Shown one piece after another: positions 29,455 to 38,793 of a DNA stretch of 64,000 bases. How positions within the stretch are numbered: position 1 is the first letter of the stretch; each line of letters begins with the position of its first letter. Origin of the DNA: Candidatus Aminicenantes bacterium. Its GTDB lineage: Bacteria; Acidobacteriota; Aminicenantia; Aminicenantales; JAFGBC01. Position numbers and translations under genes: made by a program. The stretch is from positions 1,056,001 to 1,120,000 of the forward strand of contig OY969696.1 in assembly GCA_963702005.1 (NCBI GenBank), written 5' to 3'. Under the pieces are notes generated by a model. The model worked only from the letters and a program-made list of their open reading frames with translations. It made no database searches and was not told the DNA's origin.

Positions 29455-32220
29455 TCAGAACATCAGCCGGAGGCCGAGCCGGGCTCGTCTGGGGAGGTCG
29501 ATCCCGTAGAGCTCGTGCCCGTTGGTGGAGGTGTCGCTGCCGTCAAAATAATAGTCGTAGCCCGCCCGCGTTCCCCAGCTGTAGATCGAGTCGGCGTTGA
29601 ACACGTTGAAAACGTCGAGGATGATCCCCAGCCGGTATTTGGAGGCCAGGGTGAACGTCTTTTCCAGCCTCACATCGAGCTGCTTGTCCATCGGGTAGTG
29701 GTTGGATCCGCGCTGCTCGGCGAAGAAGGTGACCCGGCCTTGGGCCAGCCGGCTCGACCGGACCCGCGTCGTCCAAGCGTCGCCGGAGATGGCGTGGAAG
29801 TAGGCGTTGAAGGAGATGTCGAAGGGCAGGACGTAGGTTCCCTGGATCTTGATCATGTGGGTCGGATCGTTCGTCGAGTGGCCCTCGCCGTTGATGAAGA
29901 AGTTGGGGTTGTAGATGTAGTTGTCGCTCGACAGGGCGCCGTAGCCGATGTCGTCCGAGGAGCCGTTGTCCAGAGTCCCGAAGGCCCGCGAATAGACGTA
30001 GGAGGCGAGGAGCTGCCAGCGGTTCGAGAAGCGTTTGTTGAAGAGGATCTCCAGGCCCCGGTAGTTGCGGTAGACATCCACCGGAATTCCGTTCCGGCCC
30101 TTATAGATGTTTCCGATCCAGAAGTCGTGGGTGTCTCCCGAGGTCAGTTCGTAGATCGTGAAGTTCTTGTCGAGGGCCTTGTTGTAGATATCGACGGGCT
30201 CCCAGGTGGCCAGATTGTCCCACGATCCGACCGGATTTTTCCAGCGGCGGTCGATGTAGGTCACCGAGAGCGAGGTGTCCTTGAAGAGTTCTCGCTCGAC
30301 GCCGAGCGTGAATTGGCTCAGGTAGGGATGCTTGATATTGGCGTCGATCTGCCAGGTTCCGTGGGTGATCCGGTTGTACTCGACCCACTCCGAAGACCCG
30401 AGGTCCCAGTAGTAAGAGATTTTGTCGGAGAATCCGGGGTTGATGCGGTCGAAGAAATACGCGTACATGGCCTCGGTGAACTGGCCGTAGTGGGCCTTGA
30501 GGACCGTGGATTTGTCGCCGAAGACGTCAAAGGTCAATCCGAGGCGGGGCGCGATCCGGTTCGTGTTCCAGGGAGTCCCGGACACACCCGCGACGGTCCC
30601 CCAGTTCTGGCTGAAGCGGGCGCCGATGTTGAGGTTGAGCCGCTGGCTGACCTGCCAGGAATCCTGGGCGAACGCCTCGAGCCGGACGAACCGCGTATCC
30701 AAGTTATAGCCCGCATACTGGGTGGCCAGGTAGTTGCCGGTATAACCATAGTACCAGTAGTCGGTGTAGTACCAGTGATTGGCCCCGGTATAGCCGTAGA
30801 CGTCGCGGACGATCGAGCGCTCGAACTCGGCCCCGAACTTGAATTCGTGGTTGCCCTGGATGAAGTTTTCCGCATAGTGGGTCAGGCTGGCGTTAATCTG
30901 GTAGCGGGTCCGGGGATGGTCGGCGTAGTATCCGGAGCTGAAGTGCCGCTTGTTGCCGCTTCCCGGCAGGCCGGGCGCGTCGCTCTGGAAGAAGTGGCCG
31001 GCGACATCCCGGCCGGACCGCGGCTCCAGGGTGTAGGTGCCGTCGAAGTAAGCGCCCTTGACGTCGAAGAACGTCTGCGGGTTGAAGATGTGGGTCAGGT
31101 TGAAGTTGAGGACCCACTCGGGCCCGGTCTGGTCGACGGTAGCCTCGGGAAGGACCGTGGAGCTTCCGCCGCGGTGGGTGCCGCGATAGTCGTCCCGTTC
31201 GACCGAAAAGGTCAGGTTCGTTTTGGCGGTGAGCTGAGAGGTCAGCTTCAGGAATCCGCGGGGTTGCTTGTAGTCAATGGCTACGGGGAAGCCGGTCGGG
31301 TAGTCCCAGGACCGGTACCACTGCGCCCCGCCATAGAACCAAAGCTTGTCCCGCAGGATGGGTCCGCCCAGCTGGGCATTGCCGTCCATGAGCTTCTCGA
31401 GCGGGGCGGTGATCGCCGGGAAGTCCGTGCTGTAAGTGCTGTTGTTGGTCGTCTGCCACAGCCCCTTCGGGCTGTCGTTTTGTTTGCCCTGGAAGAGGAA
31501 TTCAATATGGCCGGAAAATTCGTTCCCCCCGGACTTCGTGATGAGGTTGAAGATGACGCCCGTGAAACCCCCGTACTCGGCGGGCAAGCCGACGCCCATG
31601 ACCTTGGCTTCCTCGATGATGTTGTGATCGAGGAAGACCCAGGCCGTCCCTCCGGCCGGGTCGCCGACGCCGACTCCATCCATTTGCCAGGAAACGCCCG
31701 TTCCCGAGGACGCTCCGTAGGCGACGTCGTTGTTGACGCCCGGCGCCAGGTTGACGATGTCCGAAGTGAACTGGCTGTAGGGAATATTCCGGAGAATTTC
31801 GTTGCTCAGGGTGACCGATGCCGTTTCCGTCGATTTGACATCGACCGTAGGCGAGGTGGCGATGACGGTGATCTGCTCCGCGACCGTCGCCAGGGTCATG
31901 ACGACATCTACGGTCAGGGTGACCGTCGTCGTCATTCGGATGTTTTCCTGGACGGATGTGGCGAACCCCTGAAGTTCGGCCTTAAGGCTGTAAACGCCCG
32001 GCGGAAGGGCGGGGAAGCGGAACTGCCCGCTTGGATCGCTGACGGTCGATCGCGCGCCCATCAGGTTGGGGCTGGTCAGGGTCAGGTTCACGCCCGGAAG
32101 CGGATTTCCCTGATCGTCGGCCACCCGGCCCTGGACGGCGCCGGTCTCCCGCGATTGGGCGAAGACGAGCGGAGACGCCAGGAGAGTCACAAGGACTGCG
32201 CAAATGAGCGTTTTTCTCAT
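29455..32220 (-). CDS. TonB-dependent receptor (carboxypeptidase-regulatory-like N-domain, Oar-like)
   Basis: Signal peptide, G.V.D..G.PLPGV, PAEYGGFTG...NLITKSGGN plug, APRLGLTFD, C-terminal RLGLRLMF. Confidence 0.9.
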   Translation of the reverse strand: MRKTLICAVLVTLLASPLVFAQSRETGAVQGRVADDQGNPLPGVNLTLTSPNLMGARSTVSDPSGQFRFPALPPGVYSLKAELQGFATSVQENIRMTTTVTLTVDVVMTLATVAEQITVIATSPTVDVKSTETASVTLSNEILRNIPYSQFTSDIVNLAPGVNNDVAYGASSGTGVSWQMDGVGVGDPAGGTAWVFLDHNIIEEAKVMGVGLPAEYGGFTGVIFNLITKSGGNEFSGHIEFLFQGKQNDSPKGLWQTTNNSTYSTDFPAITAPLEKLMDGNAQLGGPILRDKLWFYGGAQWYRSWDYPTGFPVAIDYKQPRGFLKLTSQLTAKTNLTFSVERDDYRGTHRGGSSTVLPEATVDQTGPEWVLNFNLTHIFNPQTFFDVKGAYFDGTYTLEPRSGRDVAGHFFQSDAPGLPGSGNKRHFSSGYYADHPRTRYQINASLTHYAENFIQGNHEFKFGAEFERSIVRDVYGYTGANHWYYTDYWYYGYTGNYLATQYAGYNLDTRFVRLEAFAQDSWQVSQRLNLNIGARFSQNWGTVAGVSGTPWNTNRIAPRLGLTFDVFGDKSTVLKAHYGQFTEAMYAYFFDRINPGFSDKISYYWDLGSSEWVEYNRITHGTWQIDANIKHPYLSQFTLGVERELFKDTSLSVTYIDRRWKNPVGSWDNLATWEPVDIYNKALDKNFTIYELTSGDTHDFWIGNIYKGRNGIPVDVYRNYRGLEILFNKRFSNRWQLLASYVYSRAFGTLDNGSSDDIGYGALSSDNYIYNPNFFINGEGHSTNDPTHMIKIQGTYVLPFDISFNAYFHAISGDAWTTRVRSSRLAQGRVTFFAEQRGSNHYPMDKQLDVRLEKTFTLASKYRLGIILDVFNVFNADSIYSWGTRAGYDYYFDGSDTSTNGHELYGIDLPRRARLGLRLMF

Positions 32221-32466
32221 TTATCCCTCCATTTGAGATTCCCAAAACCCGGTTGCCAAGGACTCCGCAATTTCGTTTTCTCCCAGGCTCACCTCCTTCA
32301 GAGAAAGAAGAAAGAGATATCGCGTCGCGGTTCTCCTGAATGGGGAAATGGCCTTTAGAGGCCGGGGTTTAGTACATAAGCCATCCTGCTTATCTGGCGA
32401 TGGCGGTCTCTCCGAATACTGGTGACCACTTTGGTGAGATTATTATCCGAAATACGGGAGGTCTTT

Positions 32467-32619
32467 GTCAACCCCTCGACTCCCCGGCATGAATGCCGGG
32501 GCTTGTTCGGGGTTAACCCTGAGCCGAGCTTCTCGTCCCCGCCTTTCAGGGGCGGCACACACGAACCGTTCCCGGTTCGTGCGTACTGCAAGGCTGGGTA
32601 GCGTCGGCGAACGGGTCAA
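32467..32619 (-). mobile_element. TGAC-bounded palindromic element family B, copy 2 (longest)
   Basis: Minus strand reads TTGAC-CCGTTCGCCGACGC...GGCTCAGGGTTAACCCCGAACAAGCCCCGGCATTCATGCCGGGGAGTCGAGGGG-TTGAC, with repeats 148 bp apart. Confidence 0.82.
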
Positions 32620-32627
32620 GTCGGCCG

Positions 32628-33776
32628 TCAGCGGAGGCGTTCCCAGCCGACAAGGTATTTCAGGAGACGGCCCGCGTCGACGGTCACGCCCAAGCCCGGG
32701 CCGGCCGGGACGGCGATGAATCCGTCGGAATCGAGCATGACCGGCGGGTCGGCGATATCTTCGCTGAAGTAGTTGCAGGTTTCCGACGTGTCGCCCGGGA
32801 GGTTGAACTCCTCCACCGTCTGGAGATGGATGTTGACGGCGCGCCCGATCCCGGTCTCGTCCATCCCGCCCGACCAGACGCCGAGACCGTGATCCGCGGC
32901 GAAGCGTGCGATCCGGATCGATTCCAGGAGCCCGCCGACGCGCCCCTGCTTGATGTTGATGATCCGGCAGGCGCCCAGGGCGACGGCCGCGGCCGCGTCG
33001 TCGAGGCCGTGTATGGATTCGTCGAGGCAGATCGGGGTGGCGATCTCCTTCTGGAGGATGGCGTGTTGATGGATGTCGTTATAGGACAGCGGTTGTTCGA
33101 TCATCATCAAGCCGAAGGCGTCCAGCCGCTTGAGGCGAGCGGCGTCCGCGAGCGTGTAGTCGCCGTTGGCGTCGACCATGAGCCGGAGGTCGGGAAAACG
33201 CTCCCGGACGGCGGCGACCCACTCGGCGTCCTGTCCTTTCTTGACCTTCATTTTGACCCGGTGGTATTTCTTGGCGACCGCCTCGGCGACGGCGCTTATC
33301 AGCTCGGCCTGCGTGTCTTTGAGCCCGATAGAGATGCCCGACATGATTTTGCGGGCCGGCCGGCCGAGAAGCTGATGGAGGGGGATTCCTTTTTTTAGCG
33401 CCGTCAGGATGGCCAGGCCGTTTTCAACCGTGGCCTTGGCCATTCCGTTGCCGCGGACGGGGCGGAACGCCAGGTCGAGGTCGCCGAAAGTCATCCCGGA
33501 CTCGATCGCGGGCAGCAGGAAATCCTTGATGATGGGACGGCAGGTCCCGGTCGTTTCCTGGAAATAATAGGGATCGGGGTCGGCGACGCACTCGCTCCAG
33601 GCGACGACGCCCTCCGATTCGAGGCGCATAAGGAGGGCTTCCTTGTGGGTCCAGACGTGGACGCTCGTCCCGAACGGAGTGACGAACGGCAGCCTGACCA
33701 CGACCAGGTCGATGTGGTCCGGGATCGCGACGGCCTGCTTCTCAAGAGACGGGATCGAGGACGGTACCCCGTTCAT
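32628..33776 (-). CDS. o-succinylbenzoate synthase / N-acylamino acid racemase family enolase
   Basis: KMK, DAN, EQP, LDES, INIK and GDTS motifs. AAGGAGG RBS before ATG 33776. No other men genes nearby. Confidence 0.85.
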   Translation of the reverse strand: MNGVPSSIPSLEKQAVAIPDHIDLVVVRLPFVTPFGTSVHVWTHKEALLMRLESEGVVAWSECVADPDPYYFQETTGTCRPIIKDFLLPAIESGMTFGDLDLAFRPVRGNGMAKATVENGLAILTALKKGIPLHQLLGRPARKIMSGISIGLKDTQAELISAVAEAVAKKYHRVKMKVKKGQDAEWVAAVRERFPDLRLMVDANGDYTLADAARLKRLDAFGLMMIEQPLSYNDIHQHAILQKEIATPICLDESIHGLDDAAAAVALGACRIINIKQGRVGGLLESIRIARFAADHGLGVWSGGMDETGIGRAVNIHLQTVEEFNLPGDTSETCNYFSEDIADPPVMLDSDGFIAVPAGPGLGVTVDAGRLLKYLVGWERLR

Positions 33777-33786
33777 GGGCTCCTCC

Positions 33787-35103
33787 TTAATAATAATACC
33801 CGCCCGGGCTGCCGGGGCCGCCGAATCCGCCGCCGAAGCGGGGGTTGACGACATTGCTATAGACGGACCCGAAGCTGTAGCTGAAGCCTACGGCCAGGAA
33901 ATAACTGTAGTCCGTGGCGAGCTCCTTGCGCCGCAGCAGGAGATCGTCGAGGCTGACCTCGCTCTTGCGGAGGGCCAGCTGGTCGTGGACGGCGGCGTAG
34001 CGTCCGTCCACGGTCAAGGCCAACCCCTTGAGAATCCTGAGCGACAGGCTGGCCGAGAGCCGAAGCCGGTTATAGCCGAAGTCGTGAAAATAGTGGGACC
34101 CCTCGGCCGAGATCTCGGCGTTCCCCCAGGGTTCGGTGAAGGACAGGGTCGCGGTCAGAATCTCGCTGAACACCGTTTGGGACAGCTTATCGTAGATGGT
34201 CTCCTCGAGATACTTGTTGTAGGAGACGGCGACGCGGTAGAGGAAGCGCAGCTGGCGCCGGGTCGCGTCGGAGTAGGGGAAGACGTCGTACTCAAGGGCC
34301 GGGGCGAGGCTGAACCCGGTCGCGATGTTGCTGTAGGTCGAATAGCTGAGGTTCGCGGTGCCGCCGGCCGACCAGTGATCGCCCAGGCTCCGGACGTAGA
34401 GCCCGTCCAACGACCGGGAGCGGGAGGAGCTTTCCTCTTTATAACCCTCGTAATCGAATTTGCTCTCGTCATAGCTCCCCGAGACTCCCAGGCGAAACTT
34501 GGAGGCGGGCGTCACCCGGCTGATGGAGACGTTGCCGTTGAGCGAGTTGTACTTGCGCGTCATTTCGCCGTTGAGCCGCCCGCGGGCGCTGAAGCTGAAC
34601 ACCCAAAAATCCCACTTGTCCACGACCGCCGTCGGCTTGAGGGTCCGTTCAGTGTTGAGGGACAGGATCCGGGAGATCGGCGTCCGGGCCGCGTAGGGGG
34701 CCAGCCCCAACTTCAGGATCTGGACCATGCCCTTCCGGATCTCGTCATCGGTTTCGGTGCGGTTCGAGTAGAACTTGAGCTCGTTGTTCAGGCTGGCGTA
34801 GCTTCCCAGCCCGATGAAGGCGATCGTGTATTCCCGGCCGCCGCCGCCGGTTCTCTGCTGGGTGATCAGGACGTGGACGTCGGCCTCGTTGCGGTCCCAG
34901 ACGTAGTTGACGAAGGTGATCTCGGTCCGGATATAGTCGATGTCGATGCGGCCGCCGTCGAGGAACACCTTGGGCGCGGCTTTCTTGAGGGCGTCCATTT
35001 CCTGGGCGTTGATTTCCTTCTTGACGTCGGTCGCGGCCGGAGAGGAGGTGGCCGCTGCTATGGAAAAAGCCGTAAGGAGGGCATAAACGGTTGCGCGCTT
35101 CAC
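33787..35103 (-). CDS. Putative outer-membrane beta-barrel protein
   Basis: Signal peptide from GTG 35103 (AAGGAG RBS), alternating amphipathic strands, C-terminal SYSFGSVYSNVVNPRF. Confidence 0.6.
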   Translation of the reverse strand: MKRATVYALLTAFSIAAATSSPAATDVKKEINAQEMDALKKAAPKVFLDGGRIDIDYIRTEITFVNYVWDRNEADVHVLITQQRTGGGGREYTIAFIGLGSYASLNNELKFYSNRTETDDEIRKGMVQILKLGLAPYAARTPISRILSLNTERTLKPTAVVDKWDFWVFSFSARGRLNGEMTRKYNSLNGNVSISRVTPASKFRLGVSGSYDESKFDYEGYKEESSSRSRSLDGLYVRSLGDHWSAGGTANLSYSTYSNIATGFSLAPALEYDVFPYSDATRRQLRFLYRVAVSYNKYLEETIYDKLSQTVFSEILTATLSFTEPWGNAEISAEGSHYFHDFGYNRLRLSASLSLRILKGLALTVDGRYAAVHDQLALRKSEVSLDDLLLRRKELATDYSYFLAVGFSYSFGSVYSNVVNPRFGGGFGGPGSPGGYYY

Positions 35104-35177
35104 TTTGTAACTCCTTGGAGTCATCCATTATAGACAGTTTCCCGCCGCCCGTCCATGCGCCGGAATTCAAAAAAAAC

Positions 35178-35206
35178 TTGAAATTATATGGGGGCTGTAA
35201 TATAAA
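35178..35206 (+). promoter_or_regulatory. Candidate sigma70 promoter for the polysaccharide locus
   Basis: TTGAAA-N17-TATAAA with an A-tract upstream. Confidence 0.45.
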
Positions 35207-35407
35207 GAAAAAGAGAAGGGAGAGGGAGAATTGTTGAAAGGTTCCAACGCGATAAGCTTTCCCGGACAACAAGCTGATTTTGGGGTATTGTCCGGCTTTT
35301 TTTGAGACTTTTTAGGGAACCGCAGCCTCCGACGGTAAACGGGCGTTGCAAGGCGCCCGATCGGGAGATCGTGTTTTTGTCGTTCGGGCCGATGTGTGCT
35401 TTTCTCT

Positions 35408-35423
35408 CCAAGGGCGGTAGCCT
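35408..35423 (+). promoter_or_regulatory. ops/JUMPstart-like element
   Basis: CCAAGGGCGGTAGCCT ending 6 nt before the wzx ATG, matching the GGCGGTAGnnT ops core. Confidence 0.55.
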
Positions 35424-35429
35424 ATCTTA

Positions 35430-36689
35430 ATGACAAAAAATCTATCTTTAAGAAACAATATATTTTGGGCATTGGTGGCGAACGGCATTAACGCCGCTTT
35501 CAGCTGGCTGATGCTCATGGCACTGACTAAGGCTGCAGATGTCAACGTCGTTGGGCTTTTCGCTTTAGCCCAAGCTGTAGCTTTGCCGATTCACACGTTT
35601 TTTACGTTCAAGCTTAGAGTTGTCCAATCAACGGACCATTTGGCCGAATTTTCTGATGATGAATATAGAAATTTCCGCATTTTTTCGGGAATTTTGAATT
35701 TCCTAGCAGCCGCTTTAATTACGCTGCTTCTTTATCGAGGAGGGACTCTCACGGTCATTTTAATTACGTCCCTTGGATACTCTTTCGTCATTTACAGGGA
35801 ATTTTATATATCGCTCCTACAAAAGCATGAAAGAAATGACTTGATTTCCTTCTCCAATTTAGTCCAAGGGTTGAGCGCCCTCGCTTTTTTACTCATCGGC
35901 TACTTAGTGACGAAAGATCTCAGGGGGGGGATAGTAGGTATTTTAGCGGCTCGAGCTTTTTTTACGATTACTGTCGACCGACGCCTCTCGGCTAAGTATG
36001 CTTCTTGGGGAAAAGTAACATGTTCCGACAGCGTTGGTAATCGGGAATATCGAAAAAGACTTTTAAAATTATTCCATGTGGGCCTTCCGATGGGAGGAGT
36101 AGCTCTGTTAGGAACCCTTTTTACCAGTATCCCGAGACTCGTTCTTGATAAAGCCGTGGATAGGTATAGTGTCGGTATCTATGCGGCGCTCGCTTCTTTG
36201 ATTGTCGTGATGAATCTTTTTGTCAATTCGCTTGGGCAATCAATAGCGCCGAGATTAGCGCGGATTTATCATGAAAACCGCAGCGATTTCCAAAAAAAAA
36301 TAATCGGCCTCTTATCGGCAAGTATAATCTTTATCATCGGTTGGATCGCCGTTTGTTCCCTTTTCGGGAGAACGTTGCTCTCCGTGATATTTAAGCCGGA
36401 ATACGCAGACTATAATCCGACTTTTATCAAATTGATGGTTGCCGGCGGTATACTTGCCCTTTTCTCAATTATGATCATCGCCGTTTCCGCTCAGCGATCT
36501 TTTAAAATCCAGTTTGGCATCTATCTCGTTAGCACAATAGTTTTGCTCATGACGTCGATTGTATTAATTCCTAGGTATAAAATCGACGGCGCGGTTTATT
36601 CCTTCGCTCTATGCAATCTATCCGGGCTTATCTTAAGTTCTGTCGTTTTTATTCGGAATATGAGACAAGAAGTCGTGGGTCATGTATAG
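35430..36689 (+). CDS. wzx: Polysaccharide flippase
   Basis: About 12 hydrophobic segments and MATE/Wzx-like motifs (VVGLFALAQA, IPRLVLD...VGIYAA). First gene of the locus. Confidence 0.85.
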   Translation: MTKNLSLRNNIFWALVANGINAAFSWLMLMALTKAADVNVVGLFALAQAVALPIHTFFTFKLRVVQSTDHLAEFSDDEYRNFRIFSGILNFLAAALITLLLYRGGTLTVILITSLGYSFVIYREFYISLLQKHERNDLISFSNLVQGLSALAFLLIGYLVTKDLRGGIVGILAARAFFTITVDRRLSAKYASWGKVTCSDSVGNREYRKRLLKLFHVGLPMGGVALLGTLFTSIPRLVLDKAVDRYSVGIYAALASLIVVMNLFVNSLGQSIAPRLARIYHENRSDFQKKIIGLLSASIIFIIGWIAVCSLFGRTLLSVIFKPEYADYNPTFIKLMVAGGILALFSIMIIAVSAQRSFKIQFGIYLVSTIVLLMTSIVLIPRYKIDGAVYSFALCNLSGLILSSVVFIRNMRQEVVGHV

Positions 36690-37230
36690 CGATATCTGCG
36701 AGGATTATCGGGCTTATTCAAAAAATAATGCTTCCTTTCTAAGAATTGTACTAGCTTTTCTACAAATTGCCGGCTTCCGAGCAAGCGTATTGTACCGACT
36801 TGGCCACCGGCATTGGGTGAAAAAGCACAGGCTGCGCGCGGCTGTTTATACGCGGATGATCCGTGGTTCATGCCACATGGATATCGAACTGGGTGCAAGG
36901 ATCGGTCCCGGTATCTGTTTCCCTCACACGTGGGGGATTGTCATCGGGGGCAAATGCATAGTCGGAAAAAATTGCCGAATCATGCAGGGAGTAACTTTGG
37001 GGGGAAGCCTGGGTAGAAAGAGACCAAGTGGACAAAGCCAGCCCGTCATAGGTGATCTTGTACACATCGGTCCGGGTGCTAAAGTGATGGGCCCGATTAA
37101 TGTGGGGGATAGGGCGAAAATTGGGCCAAATTCTGTCGTTCTAGAAAACGTTCCGCCGGGAATTTCAGTATTTGGGATTCCAGCGAAAAACATTTTTTCA
37201 TTATGTACAGAAATAGAGGAAGCTGAGTGA
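36682..37230 (+). CDS. CysE/WcaB-like hexapeptide O-acetyltransferase
   Basis: GARIGPGICFPH, IMQGVTLGG and IGPNSVV left-handed beta-helix repeats. Confidence 0.85.
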   Translation: MYSDICEDYRAYSKNNASFLRIVLAFLQIAGFRASVLYRLGHRHWVKKHRLRAAVYTRMIRGSCHMDIELGARIGPGICFPHTWGIVIGGKCIVGKNCRIMQGVTLGGSLGRKRPSGQSQPVIGDLVHIGPGAKVMGPINVGDRAKIGPNSVVLENVPPGISVFGIPAKNIFSLCTEIEEAE

Positions 37231-37374
37231 AGGGCGGATTTTATATGGCGGAGAAACGCATTTTTTTCATTTGCTGGGTTCGATTAAATCTCCCACGTTA
37301 GGCAACCTTAATAATTCAAGAGCATTGAAGAGCATGCTTAGGAAGGTGCATATCCTAGCTTCAGGAGAATCTGA

Positions 37375-38793
37375 TTGAGGAGATTGTTTTCAAGAAAAAT
37401 ATATCTTCCTCTCTGTTTTATAATAACTCTGCTTGGTTTCTTGTCTTATAAAGGTACATATATAGATGATGCGAGCTTGGCTATGCCGTTATTCTGTGCC
37501 ATGCTCCTTATTTTTTTCCTCTTAGGCGAAAAGCTCTTGATCGAACGCCAAGGAAGGGATTTTTTAGAACCGGATTTAGTTTTTTTCATAATATTCTTTA
37601 TTTTTCATTTCTCCTATATTGCTCTTCTTTACCTTGGGCTAGCTGCCTATGATAAAGAAGTATTTTATAATCCTGATATTGTGCCAAGAGCGCTCTATTT
37701 TTGTATATTTTGTCTAATTGGCTTTCTTGTCGGATATGGCCGACCCGTAGGTTTTCCCCGGAAGTTGGAGCCGAAAGATATACGATATTTCGTAGAAAAG
37801 GCCTTTTTCTTTTCGAAAATATTGCTAATTCTTTGTTTACTTTTCTTTTGGATCCCGCTCCTCATCACAGGGAATGAGGTGTTTTATGATTATAAGTTGC
37901 TCATCGCCGTTGGCGAAGCATCCAGCTTAGGAAAACTGTTTTGGCTCGGTCAATATCTTGGTGTCGCGGCTATCGCTCTCTTTTGTGTTTCCGGCGGGAT
38001 CTTATATAGAAAATGCATGAAGGGACCTTTTAAATATTTAGCAATATTTTATATAGGGAGCTTCTTGATCATCGGCGATAGGGGCGGTTTCGTTTATATG
38101 GCTATCACTCCTATGTTGGTCTTTAACCTTTTTCAGACGAAGCTTTCTGGCAAGAAACTCACAGCAATCTTACTTCTATTCTTATTGATAATTCCGATCA
38201 TAGCTTTTGCTAGAACTAAATCCATCTTCAATCCCATCCAAATGGTAAGAACCTATTCCGAGAACGACCCAGAATCTTTCGTGGTGAGTTCCTTAAGCGA
38301 GCTTGGTTCTACATTGAAAACTGTAGTCATTGCAATGTACTTAATACCGGAGAGGTATAATTATTGGAATGGAAGTTCCTATCTTTATTCTTTTTCTTTA
38401 ATTCTGCCTAAAATATCTGGAAAAAGATCCTCATCTGGATCGCCCGGAGCTTGGCTTACTGAGATGACGTTTGGTGACCTTAGTAAAACTCACGGGCGAG
38501 GTGGATCTATTGCTATGGAGGCTTATCAAAATTTTGGATTTATCGTAGGAATCCTATTTTTTCTCTTTTTGGGTTATACACTAAAAAAAACATATGTTTA
38601 CTTTCTGCGAAACACGACTATCTTAGCCGGCGTCCTCTATTTTTCGGCAATGGCATGCTTCGCTTTGTGGATACGGAATACCAGCGCTGTAACATTCCGG
38701 ACAATCGCATGGTCATTTCTAATAGTCTATTTTTTTCGGAAGATTGTTCTTATTGGATACAAGAGAACCACTTTACGTCGATCAGCAAAATGA
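37375..38793 (+). CDS. wzy: Polysaccharide polymerase
   Basis: Highly hydrophobic and AT-rich, with GDRGG, a large periplasmic loop and EAYQNFG. Position in the locus fits. Confidence 0.75.
   Translation: MRRLFSRKIYLPLCFIITLLGFLSYKGTYIDDASLAMPLFCAMLLIFFLLGEKLLIERQGRDFLEPDLVFFIIFFIFHFSYIALLYLGLAAYDKEVFYNPDIVPRALYFCIFCLIGFLVGYGRPVGFPRKLEPKDIRYFVEKAFFFSKILLILCLLFFWIPLLITGNEVFYDYKLLIAVGEASSLGKLFWLGQYLGVAAIALFCVSGGILYRKCMKGPFKYLAIFYIGSFLIIGDRGGFVYMAITPMLVFNLFQTKLSGKKLTAILLLFLLIIPIIAFARTKSIFNPIQMVRTYSENDPESFVVSSLSELGSTLKTVVIAMYLIPERYNYWNGSSYLYSFSLILPKISGKRSSSGSPGAWLTEMTFGDLSKTHGRGGSIAMEAYQNFGFIVGILFFLFLGYTLKKTYVYFLRNTTILAGVLYFSAMACFALWIRNTSAVTFRTIAWSFLIVYFFRKIVLIGYKRTTLRRSAK

Noticed and set aside
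29515-32358. 947-aa plus-strand ORF and similar long antisense ORFs (4499-6421, 7230-9569, 27515-29509, 50179-52230, 59764-61398, 61640-63208)
   Set aside because: Each mirrors a well-supported gene on the opposite strand and has no recognisable motifs. This is expected from high GC3 codon bias.
32221-32445. Long TonB-receptor leader containing GGAGAGACC, reminiscent of a glycine riboswitch
   Set aside because: The GCCGAAG and CTCTCAGG core elements are missing and I saw no cobalamin-riboswitch box. An Rfam scan would settle it.
35923-36300. G8 (35923-35930) and A9 (36292-36300) tracts in wzx as phase-variation switches
   Set aside because: The frame is intact, the tracts are short and homopolymers are common in this AT-rich region. 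Read-level length variation would be needed.
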